DNA of 64,000 bases from an uncultured Candidatus Rokubacteria bacterium (GCA_963805625.1 CAWDVE010000011.1:64001-128000), one strand, 5' to 3'. Shown: positions 1 through 10,213, numbered from the stretch's first letter. The notes: generated from the letters alone by a model not told the origin. Program-made: numbers and translations.

Positions 1-957
1 CTCCGGAACGTCGGCACCTACCGCATCCAGGTCTACGACGAGCGGACGCTCGGCCTCCACTGGCAGACCCACAAGGGCGGGGCCGAGCACGAGCGCGAGG
101 CGCGCCGCACGGGAAGGGAGCGCATCCCGGTAGCGATCGCGCTCGGCGCCGACCCGGCGACGATGTACGCGGGCACGGCGCCGCTTCCGCCCGGGCTCGA
201 CGAGATCCTGCTGGCCGGCTGGCTCCGCGGCAAGGGCGTCGAGATGGTCAAGTGCCGGACGATCGACCTCGAGGTGCCGGCCCAGGCGGAGATCGTGCTG
301 GAGGGCTACTGCGACCCGGCGGAGTCGCGCGTCGAGGGCCCGTTCGGCGACCACACGGGCTACTACTCCCTCGCGAACCCCTACCCCGTGTTCCACCTGA
401 CGGCGGTGACGCGCCGGCGCGACGCGATCTACCCGACGATCGTCGTGGGGCGGCCGCCGATGGAGGACTACTGGCTCGGGAAGGCGACGGAGCGGCTCTT
501 CCTGCCGCTCATCCGCACGATGCTGCCGGAGATCGTCGACATGAACATGCCGGCCGAAGGCGTCTTCCACAACCTTGTGATCGTCTCGGTGAAGAAGCGC
601 TACCCGGGACAGGTCCGGAAGGTGATGTACGGGCTCTGGGGGCTCGGGCTCCTCATGCTGGCGAAGAACGTCGTGGTCGTCGACGAGTGGGTCAACGTCC
701 ACGATCTCTCCGAGGTCGCCTGGCGGGTGACGAACAGCATCGACCCGGCGCGGGACCTCGTGGTCGTGGAGGGCCCGTCGGACGACCTCGACCACGCCGC
801 CCTCCGCCACCGCTACGGCGGGAAGCTCGGGATCGACGCCACGGAGAAGCGGGCGCCGCTCGACCGGGTCGAGCAGCCGTGGCCGGAGGAGATCCGCATG
901 TCGGACGAGGTCCGACAGCGCGTCGCGATGCGGTGGCGCGAGTACGGCCTCGGGTGA
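1..957 (+). CDS. ubiD: UbiD-family (menaquinone biosynthesis) decarboxylase, 5'-truncated by window edge
   Basis: Frame open from base 1 (RNVGTYRIQV..LHWQTHKGG); EGPFGDHTGYY, GRPPMED and GGKLGIDAT motifs; followed by ubiA- and ubiE-like genes. Confidence 0.92.
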   Translation, partial: LRNVGTYRIQVYDERTLGLHWQTHKGGAEHEREARRTGRERIPVAIALGADPATMYAGTAPLPPGLDEILLAGWLRGKGVEMVKCRTIDLEVPAQAEIVLEGYCDPAESRVEGPFGDHTGYYSLANPYPVFHLTAVTRRRDAIYPTIVVGRPPMEDYWLGKATERLFLPLIRTMLPEIVDMNMPAEGVFHNLVIVSVKKRYPGQVRKVMYGLWGLGLLMLAKNVVVVDEWVNVHDLSEVAWRVTNSIDPARDLVVVEGPSDDLDHAALRHRYGGKLGIDATEKRAPLDRVEQPWPEEIRMSDEVRQRVAMRWREYGLG

Positions 958-1015
958 GCGAGCGGCCCGCCCTGGCGACAGAGCCGCCAGCTTCCCCGGA
1001 AAAAGGAGCATCGCC

Positions 1016-1633
1016 ATGTCCTTTCTAGCGACGGTCCCCGTCAACGAGTCGGCGGGCGAGGTGCGCGCGATGTACGAGCGCAGCCAGGCCCAGCCCGGAT
1101 ACGTGCCGAACTACGCGAAGGCGTTCAGCCACCGCCCCGACGTCTGGGCCGCGTGGGGGGCCCTCCTGGCGACCATCCGCGGCCACCTCGACCCGCGCCG
1201 GTACGAGCTCGTGACGGTCGCGGCGGCCCGCGCGCTGGGGTGCTCGTACTGCGCGCTTGCTCACGCCCGGATCCTGCGCGAGCGCTTCTACGCGGCGCCC
1301 GAGCTGGCTGCGATCGTGGACGGCCGCGCCCGCACGCTCTCGCCGGCGGATGCGGCGCTGATGGCGTTCGCCGAACGGGTCGCGCGCGACGCCAACGAGG
1401 TCACCGCCGCCGACATCCAGGCGCTCCGCGACCACGGCCTGTCCGACGCGGAGATCTTCGACGTCGCCGCTGCGGTCGCGGCCCGCTGCTTCTTCAGCAC
1501 GATGCTGGACGCGGTCGGCGCGGAGCCGGATGCCGCGCTCGCGGAGCTCGGGGACGATCTGGTGCGCCGCCTCGAGGTCGGGCGCGCGATCTCGACGGCG
1601 GCCGTGGAGCGGGTGCCGCCCGCCGATGTCTAG
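1016..1633 (+). CDS. Carboxymuconolactone decarboxylase/AhpD-like peroxidase-related protein
   Basis: AAGGAG RBS; GYVPN, ELV..AA...CSYC..AH motif, ADI.ALR..GLSD.EI. Confidence 0.85.
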   Translation: MSFLATVPVNESAGEVRAMYERSQAQPGYVPNYAKAFSHRPDVWAAWGALLATIRGHLDPRRYELVTVAAARALGCSYCALAHARILRERFYAAPELAAIVDGRARTLSPADAALMAFAERVARDANEVTAADIQALRDHGLSDAEIFDVAAAVAARCFFSTMLDAVGAEPDAALAELGDDLVRRLEVGRAISTAAVERVPPADV

Positions 1634-1721
1634 CCGGCTGCCCGCCTCCCGGAGCGCGGCCTCCGCCGCGGTCCCCTACCGGCCACAGCCGTGAGGTCCG
1701 GACCCGGCGTCCCCGCGGAGC

Positions 1722-1853
1722 CTCGGTCAGAGCGGGGGCGCCCAGCGAGTCGGCGAGCTCGCGTGGCGGGGCGCGCGGCTCCTCGAGCTGGAGCGCCGGC
1801 CGCCGATGACCACGTCCGCCGCCAAGATCCTGCATCTCCACGCGCCGCGCTGA
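1722..1853 (+). pseudogene. C-terminal remnant of the PaaK/ANL-like family protein (paralog of 48759..50285)
   Basis: Translates LGQSGGAQRVGELAWRGARLLELERRPPMTTSAAKILHLHAPR*, aligning by eye to IGNGSGAERIMADVWRQSGVLHVEVREPLAGPSGKIWHVHL. Confidence 0.65.
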
Positions 1854-1952
1854 GCCGCGCCGCCGGGCAGGCCGGTGATATACTCACCGCCGCGCGACGG
1901 CCCGATCCCTCCGGACGCCGGCCGAGCCGCCGTGCGCGGGTCCCCTCACATC

Positions 1953-2801
1953 ATGTCGACGCTCCGGCACTTCCTCGACGCGATCAAGGTCGAGCACACC
2001 GTCTTCGCGCTGCCGTTCGCGTACCTCGGCATGGTGCTGGCGGCGCGCGGCTGGCCCGGGTGGCACGCCGTCCTCTGGATCAGCGTGGCCATGGTCGCGG
2101 CGCGGACGACCGCGATGGCGGCGAACCGCCTGATCGACCGCCACCTCGACGCCCGGAACCCGCGGACGGCCGGCCGCCACCTTCCGCGGGGGCTCCTCGC
2201 GCCGCGCGACCTCACCCTGGCCGCCCTCGCCTCGGCCGCGCTCTTCTTCGTGGCCGCGTGGCAGCTCGGGCCGCTCTGCCTCGCGCTGGCCCCGATCGCG
2301 CTCGTCTTTCTGGTGGGCTACTCCTACACGAAGCGCTTCACGTGGCTCTCGCACTGGATCCTCGGGTTCACGGACGGTGCGGCCGCGGCCGGCGCCTGGA
2401 TCGCCGTGCGCGGCACGATGGAGCTGCCGGCGTGGCTCCTCTGGCTCGCCGTCACCGTCTGGATCGCGGGCTTCGACCTCCTCTACGCCTGCCAGGACGT
2501 CGAGTTCGACCGGCGGGAAGGCCTCCACTCCGTGCCCGCCCGCTTCGGCATCGCCGCCGCGCTCCGGGCCGCGCGCGTCTCCCACGTCCTCACCGCCCTC
2601 GCCCTCGCCGCCGCGGGCTGGAGCCTCGGGCTCGGCGTGCTCTACTGGGTCGGCTGGCTCGTCGTGGTGGGGCTCCTCGTCTACGAGCACTCGCTCGTCT
2701 CGGCGACCGACCTCTCGCGGCTCGACATGGCCTTCTTCAACGTGAACGGCTACATCAGCGTCATCACGTTCGTCGCCGCGGTCGCCGGCCTGTGGTACTG
2801 A
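1953..2801 (+). CDS. ubiA: UbiA-like polyprenyltransferase (MqnP type, futalosine pathway)
   Basis: IKVEHTVFALPFAY, NRLIDRHLDARNPRT, YSYTKRFT, FDLLYACQD, AFFNVNG; multiple TM helices. Confidence 0.93.
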   Translation: MSTLRHFLDAIKVEHTVFALPFAYLGMVLAARGWPGWHAVLWISVAMVAARTTAMAANRLIDRHLDARNPRTAGRHLPRGLLAPRDLTLAALASAALFFVAAWQLGPLCLALAPIALVFLVGYSYTKRFTWLSHWILGFTDGAAAAGAWIAVRGTMELPAWLLWLAVTVWIAGFDLLYACQDVEFDRREGLHSVPARFGIAAALRAARVSHVLTALALAAAGWSLGLGVLYWVGWLVVVGLLVYEHSLVSATDLSRLDMAFFNVNGYISVITFVAAVAGLWY

Positions 2802-2874
2802 CCCGACTCGCCCTTCGAGCGTCCACCCGCGGGTCCTGTCGCCGGCCCCCGCAGCTGTCGTGGGAATCGGCGGC

Positions 2875-3618
2875 GTGAACGACAAGTCGACGCGGGTGCA
2901 GGCGATGTTCGCGCGCATCGCGCCGCGCTACGACCTCATGAACGCGCTGATGACGGGCGGGCGCGACCGCGCGTGGCGGCGGGCCGCCGCGCGCCTCGCC
3001 GCGCCGCCGGCGGGGAGCCTCGCCCTCGACCTCGCCACCGGCACGGGCGACCTCGCGCTCGCGCTCCTCCGCGAGACCCGGGTGCGAGGCGTGGTGGGCG
3101 TCGACTTCGTCGAGGGGATGCTGCGCCTCGGCCGGGCGAAGCTCGGCACCCTCGGGGAGCGGCGGGTCCGGCTCCTCGCGGGCGACGCGCTGGCACTCCC
3201 GTTCGCCGATGCGAGCTTCGGCTGCGTCGGGTCGGCCTTCCTCCTGCGGAACCTGGCCGACCTGCGGGCCGGTCTCGCCGAGATGCGGCGCGTGACCGCC
3301 CCGGGCGGGAGCGTCGTTGCGCTCGAGATCACGCAGCCGACCCTCCCCGGCTGGCGCCAGGCCTTCCGCCTCTACTTCCACCACGTCGTCCCGGCGGTAG
3401 GGGCGCTGATCGCGGGGAACCGCGAGGCCTACACGTACCTGCCGCAGTCGGTCGACCGCTTCGTGACGCCGGGCGAGCTCGCCCGGCTCATGGAGGCGGT
3501 GGGGCTCCGCGACGTGCGCGTCTGGCGCGTGGGGCTCGGGACCGTGACGATTCACGTCGGTCATGTCGGTCACGCCACTTCCATCGGTCGCGCTGGGCGC
3601 GCGAGCGTCGCGGCCTGA
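2875..3618 (+). CDS. menG: UbiE/MenG demethylmenaquinone methyltransferase
   Basis: MFARIAPRYDLMN, LDLATGTGDLA SAM motif, GDALALPF, AYTYLPQSV; start could be 2860. Confidence 0.92.
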   Translation: MNDKSTRVQAMFARIAPRYDLMNALMTGGRDRAWRRAAARLAAPPAGSLALDLATGTGDLALALLRETRVRGVVGVDFVEGMLRLGRAKLGTLGERRVRLLAGDALALPFADASFGCVGSAFLLRNLADLRAGLAEMRRVTAPGGSVVALEITQPTLPGWRQAFRLYFHHVVPAVGALIAGNREAYTYLPQSVDRFVTPGELARLMEAVGLRDVRVWRVGLGTVTIHVGHVGHATSIGRAGRASVAA

Positions 3619-3633
3619 CCCGGAGGCATCGCC

Positions 3634-4425
3634 ATGCCTTTCCTCGAGCGCGACGGCGCCCGGCTCTACTACGAGACCCACGGCGCGGGCCCCGCGCTCG
3701 TCTTCGCCCACGGCCTGGGCGGGGGCCATCTCAGCTGGTGGCAGCAGGTGCCCCACTTCCGCGACCGCTACACGTGCGTGACCTTCGACCACCGGGGGTT
3801 CGGGCTCTCGCGGGAGACGCTCGGCGGGCGCGGCCCCGACGCCTACGTCGATGACCTCGCCGCGCTCGTCGACCACCTCGGGGTCCCGGACGTCAGGCTC
3901 GTGGCGCAGTCGATGGGCGGCTGGACCTGCCTCGGCTACGCGCTCCGTCATCCGGAGCGGGTGCGCGCTCTGGTGATGGCCTGCACCACGGGCACGCTCG
4001 ACGATCCGGAGACACTCAGCATCTTCCGCGCCCACGGAGCGACGCGGCCGGAGGCGGCGGTCTTCGCGAAAGGGATCCATCCCGCCTGCGGTGAACGCAT
4101 GGCGCGGGAGCAGCCCGCCCTCCACTTCCTCTACCGCGAGGTGGACGCGCTCTCGCACGACCTCGACAAGGACGCGGTGCGGAAGAAGCTGATCGCGATG
4201 CGGGCGACGCCGCGGGCGACGATCGCCGCCCTCCGGACGCCCCTCCTCTGCGTCACCGGCGAGGAGGACGTCGTCATCCCGCCGGCGGCCGTCGCCGTGC
4301 TGGCATCGATCGTCCCGGGCGCCCGGCTCGCGCGCGTGCCGGAGACGGGGCACTCCGTCTACTGGGAGCGGCCCGGCGCCTTCAACCGCCTCGTCGACGA
4401 GTTCCTGGCCGGCGCGGCGGGCTGA
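3634..4425 (+). CDS. Alpha/beta hydrolase
   Basis: HGLGG, DHRGFG, AQSMGG nucleophile elbow, GHSVYWE. Confidence 0.9.
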   Translation: MPFLERDGARLYYETHGAGPALVFAHGLGGGHLSWWQQVPHFRDRYTCVTFDHRGFGLSRETLGGRGPDAYVDDLAALVDHLGVPDVRLVAQSMGGWTCLGYALRHPERVRALVMACTTGTLDDPETLSIFRAHGATRPEAAVFAKGIHPACGERMAREQPALHFLYREVDALSHDLDKDAVRKKLIAMRATPRATIAALRTPLLCVTGEEDVVIPPAAVAVLASIVPGARLARVPETGHSVYWERPGAFNRLVDEFLAGAAG

Positions 4426-4433
4426 GCACGGCC

Positions 4434-4835
4434 GTGCCCGCTTTCGAGACGAGACGGCTCCCAGCGGAGCCCGACGCCCGCGCCCCGGACGGGGCCGACG
4501 TGCGGATCCTGCTCCGGCTCGCCGGCGGGAGCGTCGCACACTTCGAGCTCGGCCCGGGCCGGGTCTCGCGCGCGGTGACGCACCGGACAGTGGAGGAGAT
4601 CTGGTACGTCCTCGGCGGGCGGGGCGAGATGTGGCGGCGCCAGGGCGATCGCGAGAGCGTGGTCGTGCTCGAGGCCGGCGTGTGCCTCACGATCCCGCTC
4701 GGCACGCACTTCCAGTTCCGGTCCCTCGGTCCCGGATCGCTCGCCGCCGTCGCCGTCACGATGCCGCCCTGGCCCGGGCCGGACGAGGCGGTTCCGGGCG
4801 CCGGCACGTGGTCCCCGACCGAGCCGGCGGGCTGA
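4434..4835 (+). CDS. Cupin domain protein
   Basis: APDGADVRIL, HRTVEEIWYV, IPLGTHFQFR, TMPPWPG. Confidence 0.85.
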   Translation: MPAFETRRLPAEPDARAPDGADVRILLRLAGGSVAHFELGPGRVSRAVTHRTVEEIWYVLGGRGEMWRRQGDRESVVVLEAGVCLTIPLGTHFQFRSLGPGSLAAVAVTMPPWPGPDEAVPGAGTWSPTEPAG

Positions 4836-5063
4836 TCTGTCCCCGCGTCCGCCATGCGCTCAGGGCTGGCACCGATCGGCAGCAGTCGGCACGTCGATGC
4901 GCGAGACCAGGGCTTGGACCAGGTTCAGCCGGGGTGGCGCGGCCACGGGCCCGCGCCTATACTCCCTCTGGTGCCGGAGGGCCGGATCTCCGGCCTCTCG
5001 GAGCTGACGGCCGCCGCCCGCGGCGGCGATCCTCACGACGGACCATTCGGGAAGGAGCCTGAT

Positions 5064-5852
5064 GTGCGCGAGAACACGGTGAAGACGATCTGGGCCAAGG
5101 GCGGGGTCGTGGTCAACGGGTGGTTGTCGATCCCGTCGAGTTTCTCGGCGGAGGTGATGGCGCACCAGGGCTTCGACTCCCTGGTCGTGGACATGCAGCA
5201 CGGCGTCGTCGACTACCAGACCGCCGTGACGATGCTCCAGGCGATCTCGACGACGGGTGTGATCCCGTTCGCGCGCGTGCCCTGGAACGATCCGGCCCAC
5301 ATCATGAAGATCCTGGACGCCGGCGCCTACGGGATCATCTGCCCGATGATCAACTCCCGGAAGGAAGCCGAGCAGCTCGTCCGCACCTGCAAGTACGCGC
5401 CGAAGGGCTACCGGAGCTTCGGCCCCGTGCGCGCGTCGATCTACGCCGGCTCGGACTACGCCCAGCACGCGAACGACACGCTCGTCGTGATGCCGATGAT
5501 CGAGACGAAGGAAGCCGTCCAGAACATCGACGAGATCCTGAGCACGCCCGGCGTCGACGCGATCTACGTCGGCCCTGCCGACCTCTCGCTCACGCTCGGC
5601 TGCACGCCAAAGCTCGACCAGACGGAGGCGCCGGTCGTCGAGGCCCTCGGCAAGATCCTGGCCGCCTGCAAGCGCCACAAGGTGATCGCCGGCCTCCACA
5701 ACGCGACCAGCCAGTACGCGCTCAAGATGGCCAGCCAGGGCTGGCAGTTCGTGACGCTCGCGAGCGACAGCCGCTTCCTCGCCGCCCGGGCCTCCGAGGA
5801 GGCCGCCGCCGTGAAGCAGACCGTCGCCAGCGGGAAGCTGCCCGCCTACTGA
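5064..5852 (+). CDS. HpcH/HpaI aldolase family (2,4-dihydroxyhept-2-enedioate aldolase-like)
   Basis: AAGGAG RBS then GTG 5064; VDMQHG, LDAGAYGIICPM, MIET, YVGPADLS. Confidence 0.92.
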   Translation: MRENTVKTIWAKGGVVVNGWLSIPSSFSAEVMAHQGFDSLVVDMQHGVVDYQTAVTMLQAISTTGVIPFARVPWNDPAHIMKILDAGAYGIICPMINSRKEAEQLVRTCKYAPKGYRSFGPVRASIYAGSDYAQHANDTLVVMPMIETKEAVQNIDEILSTPGVDAIYVGPADLSLTLGCTPKLDQTEAPVVEALGKILAACKRHKVIAGLHNATSQYALKMASQGWQFVTLASDSRFLAARASEEAAAVKQTVASGKLPAY

Positions 5853-6094
5853 GGTGCCGGTTACTTCGCGCTTACGCCGAGCGGGGTAGCACCCCGGCTT
5901 GTTCCGGGGGGCTTGCCCCGCGGCGTGGGGTGGTGCGCGTGCCGAATACCATGGGCGAGGTCGTTCGGGGCGCGAGGCGAGATTACGGCGGGGCGGCGCC
6001 CAGGACCCGCTCGGGGTGCCGCTCCCCAATATATGGCATCTGACGCACCCCATAATCAACCGTCGGGGCCGAGCTATGCTGGGGGAGCATGCCC

Positions 6095-8201
6095 ATGACC
6101 ACCCCGCAGATCGAAGCGCTCCTCGCCCCCTTTCCGCCGGAGCGGACGTGGCTGCTGCCGGCGCTCCAGCGCGTCCAGGCGGAGCGGGGGTGGCTCGCCG
6201 CCGACGACCTCGCGGCGGTGGCCGCCCACCTCCACGTCCCGCGGAGCGAGGTCTACGGCGTCGCGACCCACTACCCTGAGTTCCGTCTCGCCGCGCCGGG
6301 GCGTCACGTCGTCCGCGTTTGCGCGGGCGTCTCCTGCCGCGTGAACGGAGGCCTCGGGTTGCTTGCCGAGCTCGAGCGGCGGCTCGGCATCGCGGCGGGG
6401 CACACGACGGCCGACGGCGAGGTGACGCTCGAGGAGGCTGACTGCTGCTTCGTCTGTAGCGTCGCGCCCGTGGTCGAGGTGGACCATGCCTACCTCGGCG
6501 GGCCAACGGCCGAGGCGGTTCTCGCGGCCGGCCGCGGCCCACATGCCGGCGCCCACGCAGCGCTGCCGTCCGGGATGGCCGTGACTGGTCCGCTCGCCGC
6601 GGGCGGCGGCGCGGCGGCCCCGGTGGCGGCGCCGTCAGGCTCGACCGCCCGGGCCCGGCTCGAGGCGCTCGTCGCCCGCGCGCGCCAACGAGACACGGGC
6701 ACGACGCGGCTCCTCGTCGCCACCGGCTCCTGCGGGCTCGCGCGCGGCGCGGCGGCGACGCGGGACACCCTCCAGGACGCGGTCCGGCGCGCGGGGCTCG
6801 CCGCGACGGTCGAGGACAGCGCGTGCACCGGCCTCTGTCACGCCCAGCCCGTCGTCGAAGTGCTCACGCCCAGCGTGCCACGCCTCACCGTAGAGCGCGT
6901 CACGCCCGACTGCGTCCCCGCGCTCCTGCGGCTCCTCCAGGGCGCGGGCGACCATAGCCTTTCGACGACGGCTTGGCCCCACGCGGCGCATCCCGTGCTC
7001 GGCGGCCAGGAGCGGATCCTCGCCGAGCGGTGGGGCGCGATCCGCCCGGGCTCGCTCGACGACGCGCTCTGCGCGGGCAGCTATGCCGCCCTCGCGGGCA
7101 CCCTGGACGCGGGCGACCCCGGCGCCGTCGCCGCCACCGTGAAGGCCGCGGGCCTCCTCGGCCGAGGCGGCGCCTACTTCCCGGCCGCGGTGAAGTGGGA
7201 GGGCTGCCGCGCCGCGCGCGGCGCGCCGAAGTACCTCGTGGCCAACGGCGAGGAGGGCGAGCCGGGGATTTTCAAGGACCGCCATCTGATGGAAGCGGAC
7301 CCGCACCGGCTCCTGGAGGGTATGCTTCTCGCCGCGTATGCGGCCGGCGCGAGCCGGGGCATTCTTTATATCCACGGCGAGGCGGGACTCTCAGCCGAGC
7401 GGTGCGCCGGGGCCGTGCGGGAGGCGCACGCCGCTGGGGCTCCTCGGCTCGCGCGTCCTCGGCACCGACTTCGCGTTCGAGGTCGAGATCCGGCGCGGCG
7501 CCGGCGGCTTCGTCCTCGGCGAGGAGACGGCCCTCCTCGAGTCGATCGAGGGCAAGCGCGCGATGCCGCGGCCGAAGCCTCCGTTCCCGGTGGACGTGGG
7601 CGTCCATGGCCAGCCCACGGTCATCAACAACGTGGAGACGCTCTCCGCAGTGCCGCTCATCGTGGGCGGCCGTCCCGAGGCGGCGCGCACGAAGCTCTTC
7701 GGTCTCTCGGGCCACGTCCTCTGGCCGGGCGTCGTCGAGGCGGCCCCGCCGCTCACGCTCCGGCGGCTGATCGACGGTCTTGGTGGCGGCCTCGCGACCG
7801 GGCGACCCCTCGGCGCGGTGGTGATCGGCGGGCCGTCCGGCATCGTCGTGCCGCCGGCGTTCCTCGACCGGCCTCTCGAGCGCCCGGCGCTCTCGCCCGG
7901 AACCGGCGGGATCGTCGCCCTCGACGCGCGAGCGGACGTCCGCGACGTGGTCCGGACGCTCCTCGCATTCAACGCCCGCGAGTCCTGCGGCAAGTGCACG
8001 CCCTGCCGCGAGGGCACGGCGCGGATGCTCGAGCTCCTCGACGGCGTCGCCCGCGCCGGGGTCGCCGACTCGCTCGCGGAGCTCCGCGAGCTGGCCGACG
8101 TCATCCAGCTAGCCTCGCTCTGCGGCCTCGGCCAGGCTGCGCCGCTCTCGCTCCGGGCCGCGCTCGAGCACTTCCCGGAGCGCCTCTCCGGCGCCCGCTG
8201 A
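6095..8201 (+). CDS. Fused NuoE-like + thioredoxin-like 2Fe-2S + NuoF-like NADH/FMN-binding subunit of an NAD-linked formate dehydrogenase; one frameshift near 7435
   Basis: NuoE Cys motifs (CAGVSC, CCFVC); GRGGAYFP, NGEEGEPGIFKDR; after an apparent extra G in a G-run: GAGGFVLGEETALLESIEG, ESCGKCTPCREG, SLCGLG. Confidence 0.85.
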
Positions 8202-8231
8202 GGGTCGCCTCCGGCCGAAGGCCGCCCCTCG

Positions 8232-9287
8232 GTGCCAGACACGCCCGTCACGCCGGGCCTCCCGGGCGAGGGCGGCGATCCCGGCGGGCCCCTGTGGGCG
8301 GCGGCGCAGGTGCCGATCGGGGCCGCCGTCGACCCCGACCTCCTCCAACGCGACCCGGCCTACCGCGCCACGCTCGTGCGCGAGTTCAACGCGATCACGC
8401 CCGAGAACGCGATGAAGTGGGGCGCGGTCCACCCCTTCGAGCGCGAGTGGAGCTTCGACCCCGCGGACCAGCTGGTCACGTTCGCGGAGGCGCACGGGAT
8501 GCGCATCCACGGCCACACGCTCGTCTGGCACCGCCAGCTCGCCGACTGGCTGACGCCGGCGCTCACTCGGCGCGAGGTGGCGCGCGCTCTCGCCTCCCAC
8601 ATCGAGACCCTCGTGGGACGCTACGCGGGACGCATCGCGTCGTGGGACGTCGTCAACGAGGCGATCGCCGACGGCGGGGGCCTCCGCGACACCTACTTCC
8701 TCCGCGCCTGCGGGGAGGACCACATCGCGGAGGCCTTCCGGCGGGCCCACGCGGCCGATCCCGGCACCCGGCTCTACTACAACGACTACGGCGCTGAGAG
8801 GTCCGGGCGGAAGTCGGACGCGGTGTACGCGCTCGTCCGGCGGCTCCTCGACGCGGGCGTCCCCGTCCACGGGGTCGGCCTCCAGATGCACCTCCAGACC
8901 ACCCGCCCGCCGAAGCCCGCCGCCATCACGGCCAGCGTGGCGCGGCTCCTCGGGCTCGGCCTCGAGGTCCGGATCACGGAGATGGACGTCCGGGTCCGCA
9001 GGATCCGCCGGACGGATCCCCTCGCCCTCCAGCGCCGCGTCTACCACGACGCGATCGCGGCCTGCGCGGGGCTGTCGGGCTTCGCGGGCGTGACGTTCTG
9101 GGGCGTGAGCGACCGGCACTCCTGGGTCCACAGCGAGTTCGGCGAGGACGCTCCCCTGCTCTTCGATCGGGACTACGCGCCGAAGCCCGCCTACTTCGGC
9201 GTGCGCGACGCGCTCGCGGCGGCTCAGAAGGCCACGGCCAAGTCGATCCCGAACGTCCAGCCGGAGAACGCGTCGGACCAGAAGTAG
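8232..9287 (+). CDS. Glycoside hydrolase family 10 endo-1,4-beta-xylanase
   Basis: ITPENAMKW, HGHTLVWH, WDVVNE (acid/base), YYNDY, GVGLQMH, ITEMDV (nucleophile), HSW, PKPAY. Confidence 0.93.
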   Translation: MPDTPVTPGLPGEGGDPGGPLWAAAQVPIGAAVDPDLLQRDPAYRATLVREFNAITPENAMKWGAVHPFEREWSFDPADQLVTFAEAHGMRIHGHTLVWHRQLADWLTPALTRREVARALASHIETLVGRYAGRIASWDVVNEAIADGGGLRDTYFLRACGEDHIAEAFRRAHAADPGTRLYYNDYGAERSGRKSDAVYALVRRLLDAGVPVHGVGLQMHLQTTRPPKPAAITASVARLLGLGLEVRITEMDVRVRRIRRTDPLALQRRVYHDAIAACAGLSGFAGVTFWGVSDRHSWVHSEFGEDAPLLFDRDYAPKPAYFGVRDALAAAQKATAKSIPNVQPENASDQK

Positions 9288-10213
9288 GAGCCCGCCAGCC
9301 CCACCTCTGTCACCTTCCAGAGCCGGCCCTTCGGATCAAGCGCGATGTGGGCCCCGGTCGAGTGGAAGTGGTCACTTTTGAGGCTCTGGCGGATCCCGCC
9401 GAAGAGCTCCGCGCGATTGACGAACCCGCCCACCAGGAGCGGCCAGCCGGCGACCTCCCAGGGCGTGACGACGTCAACCTCCACGCGGTTGTTCCAGACC
9501 TGGGACTCGCTCGTGAACGAGTATGCATCCGTCGAGCGCGCGATCGGGACGGTGGCGAAGTACGTGTAGGTCGACGTGAGCCCGAGCGTCACGCGCCCGA
9601 AGGTCGGCCGGTAGCGGAGCGCGAGCGAGGGGATGAACGTGAGCGTGTGCGTGTGCCAGTTGACGAGCTGCCCGTCGACCGCCTGCTCGGCCGCGCGCCC
9701 CGGCTCGGTCCCGGCATCGAAGTCGTTCTCCGTGTACGCGTAGAGCAGGCTGAAGCTCGGCAGCACGCTCAGGTCCGGCAGGAGCCCGATGCGCGGGCCC
9801 GCGCCGAGGCCGAGCGAGTAGGTGGTGTAGGTCGACTCGTTGCCAGCGAGCGGGCCGTTGCGGAACTGGTTGGTGAAGTAGGCGGTGCCCACCGAGCCGA
9901 GGAGGACCGGCGTCCAGGTGAGCCCACCCGCGCCGAGCGGTCTGGGGGCGCCCAGCTCCGTACTCCACGGGTACTTGAGGACGCCCGCGTCGACGTCGTT
10001 GAAGCCCCAGCCGAAGAGCCCGCCCTGGGGTGCCTCCTGGCCGCCGAGGATGGCGGTCGCCTCCACGCGGTTGCCGACGACCTGGTCGAGCTGGTTCCGG
10101 ATGTCCGTGAGCGACGGGGCCGGCTGGGCGGCGGCGCGCCGGGCCCCGCCGAGCAGGCACAGGACCAGCGCGAGCAGGACCGGAATCCACGATCTGGGCG
10201 TCGGTCTATGCAA
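9224..10213 (-). CDS. Solitary outer-membrane autotransporter-like beta-barrel protein
   Basis: Signal peptide (VLLALVLCLLGGARRAAAQ), alternating beta-strand pattern, C-terminal ..FGIDLAVAF; start uncertain; family name from recollection. Confidence 0.7.
   Translation of the reverse strand: MHRPTPRSWIPVLLALVLCLLGGARRAAAQPAPSLTDIRNQLDQVVGNRVEATAILGGQEAPQGGLFGWGFNDVDAGVLKYPWSTELGAPRPLGAGGLTWTPVLLGSVGTAYFTNQFRNGPLAGNESTYTTYSLGLGAGPRIGLLPDLSVLPSFSLLYAYTENDFDAGTEPGRAAEQAVDGQLVNWHTHTLTFIPSLALRYRPTFGRVTLGLTSTYTYFATVPIARSTDAYSFTSESQVWNNRVEVDVVTPWEVAGWPLLVGGFVNRAELFGGIRQSLKSDHFHSTGAHIALDPKGRLWKVTEVGLAGSYFWSDAFSGWTFGIDLAVAF

Noticed and set aside
6089-8797. 902-aa ORF as a single protein
   Set aside because: Only the first ~445 aa are real; the rest is out-of-frame read-through after the 7435 indel.
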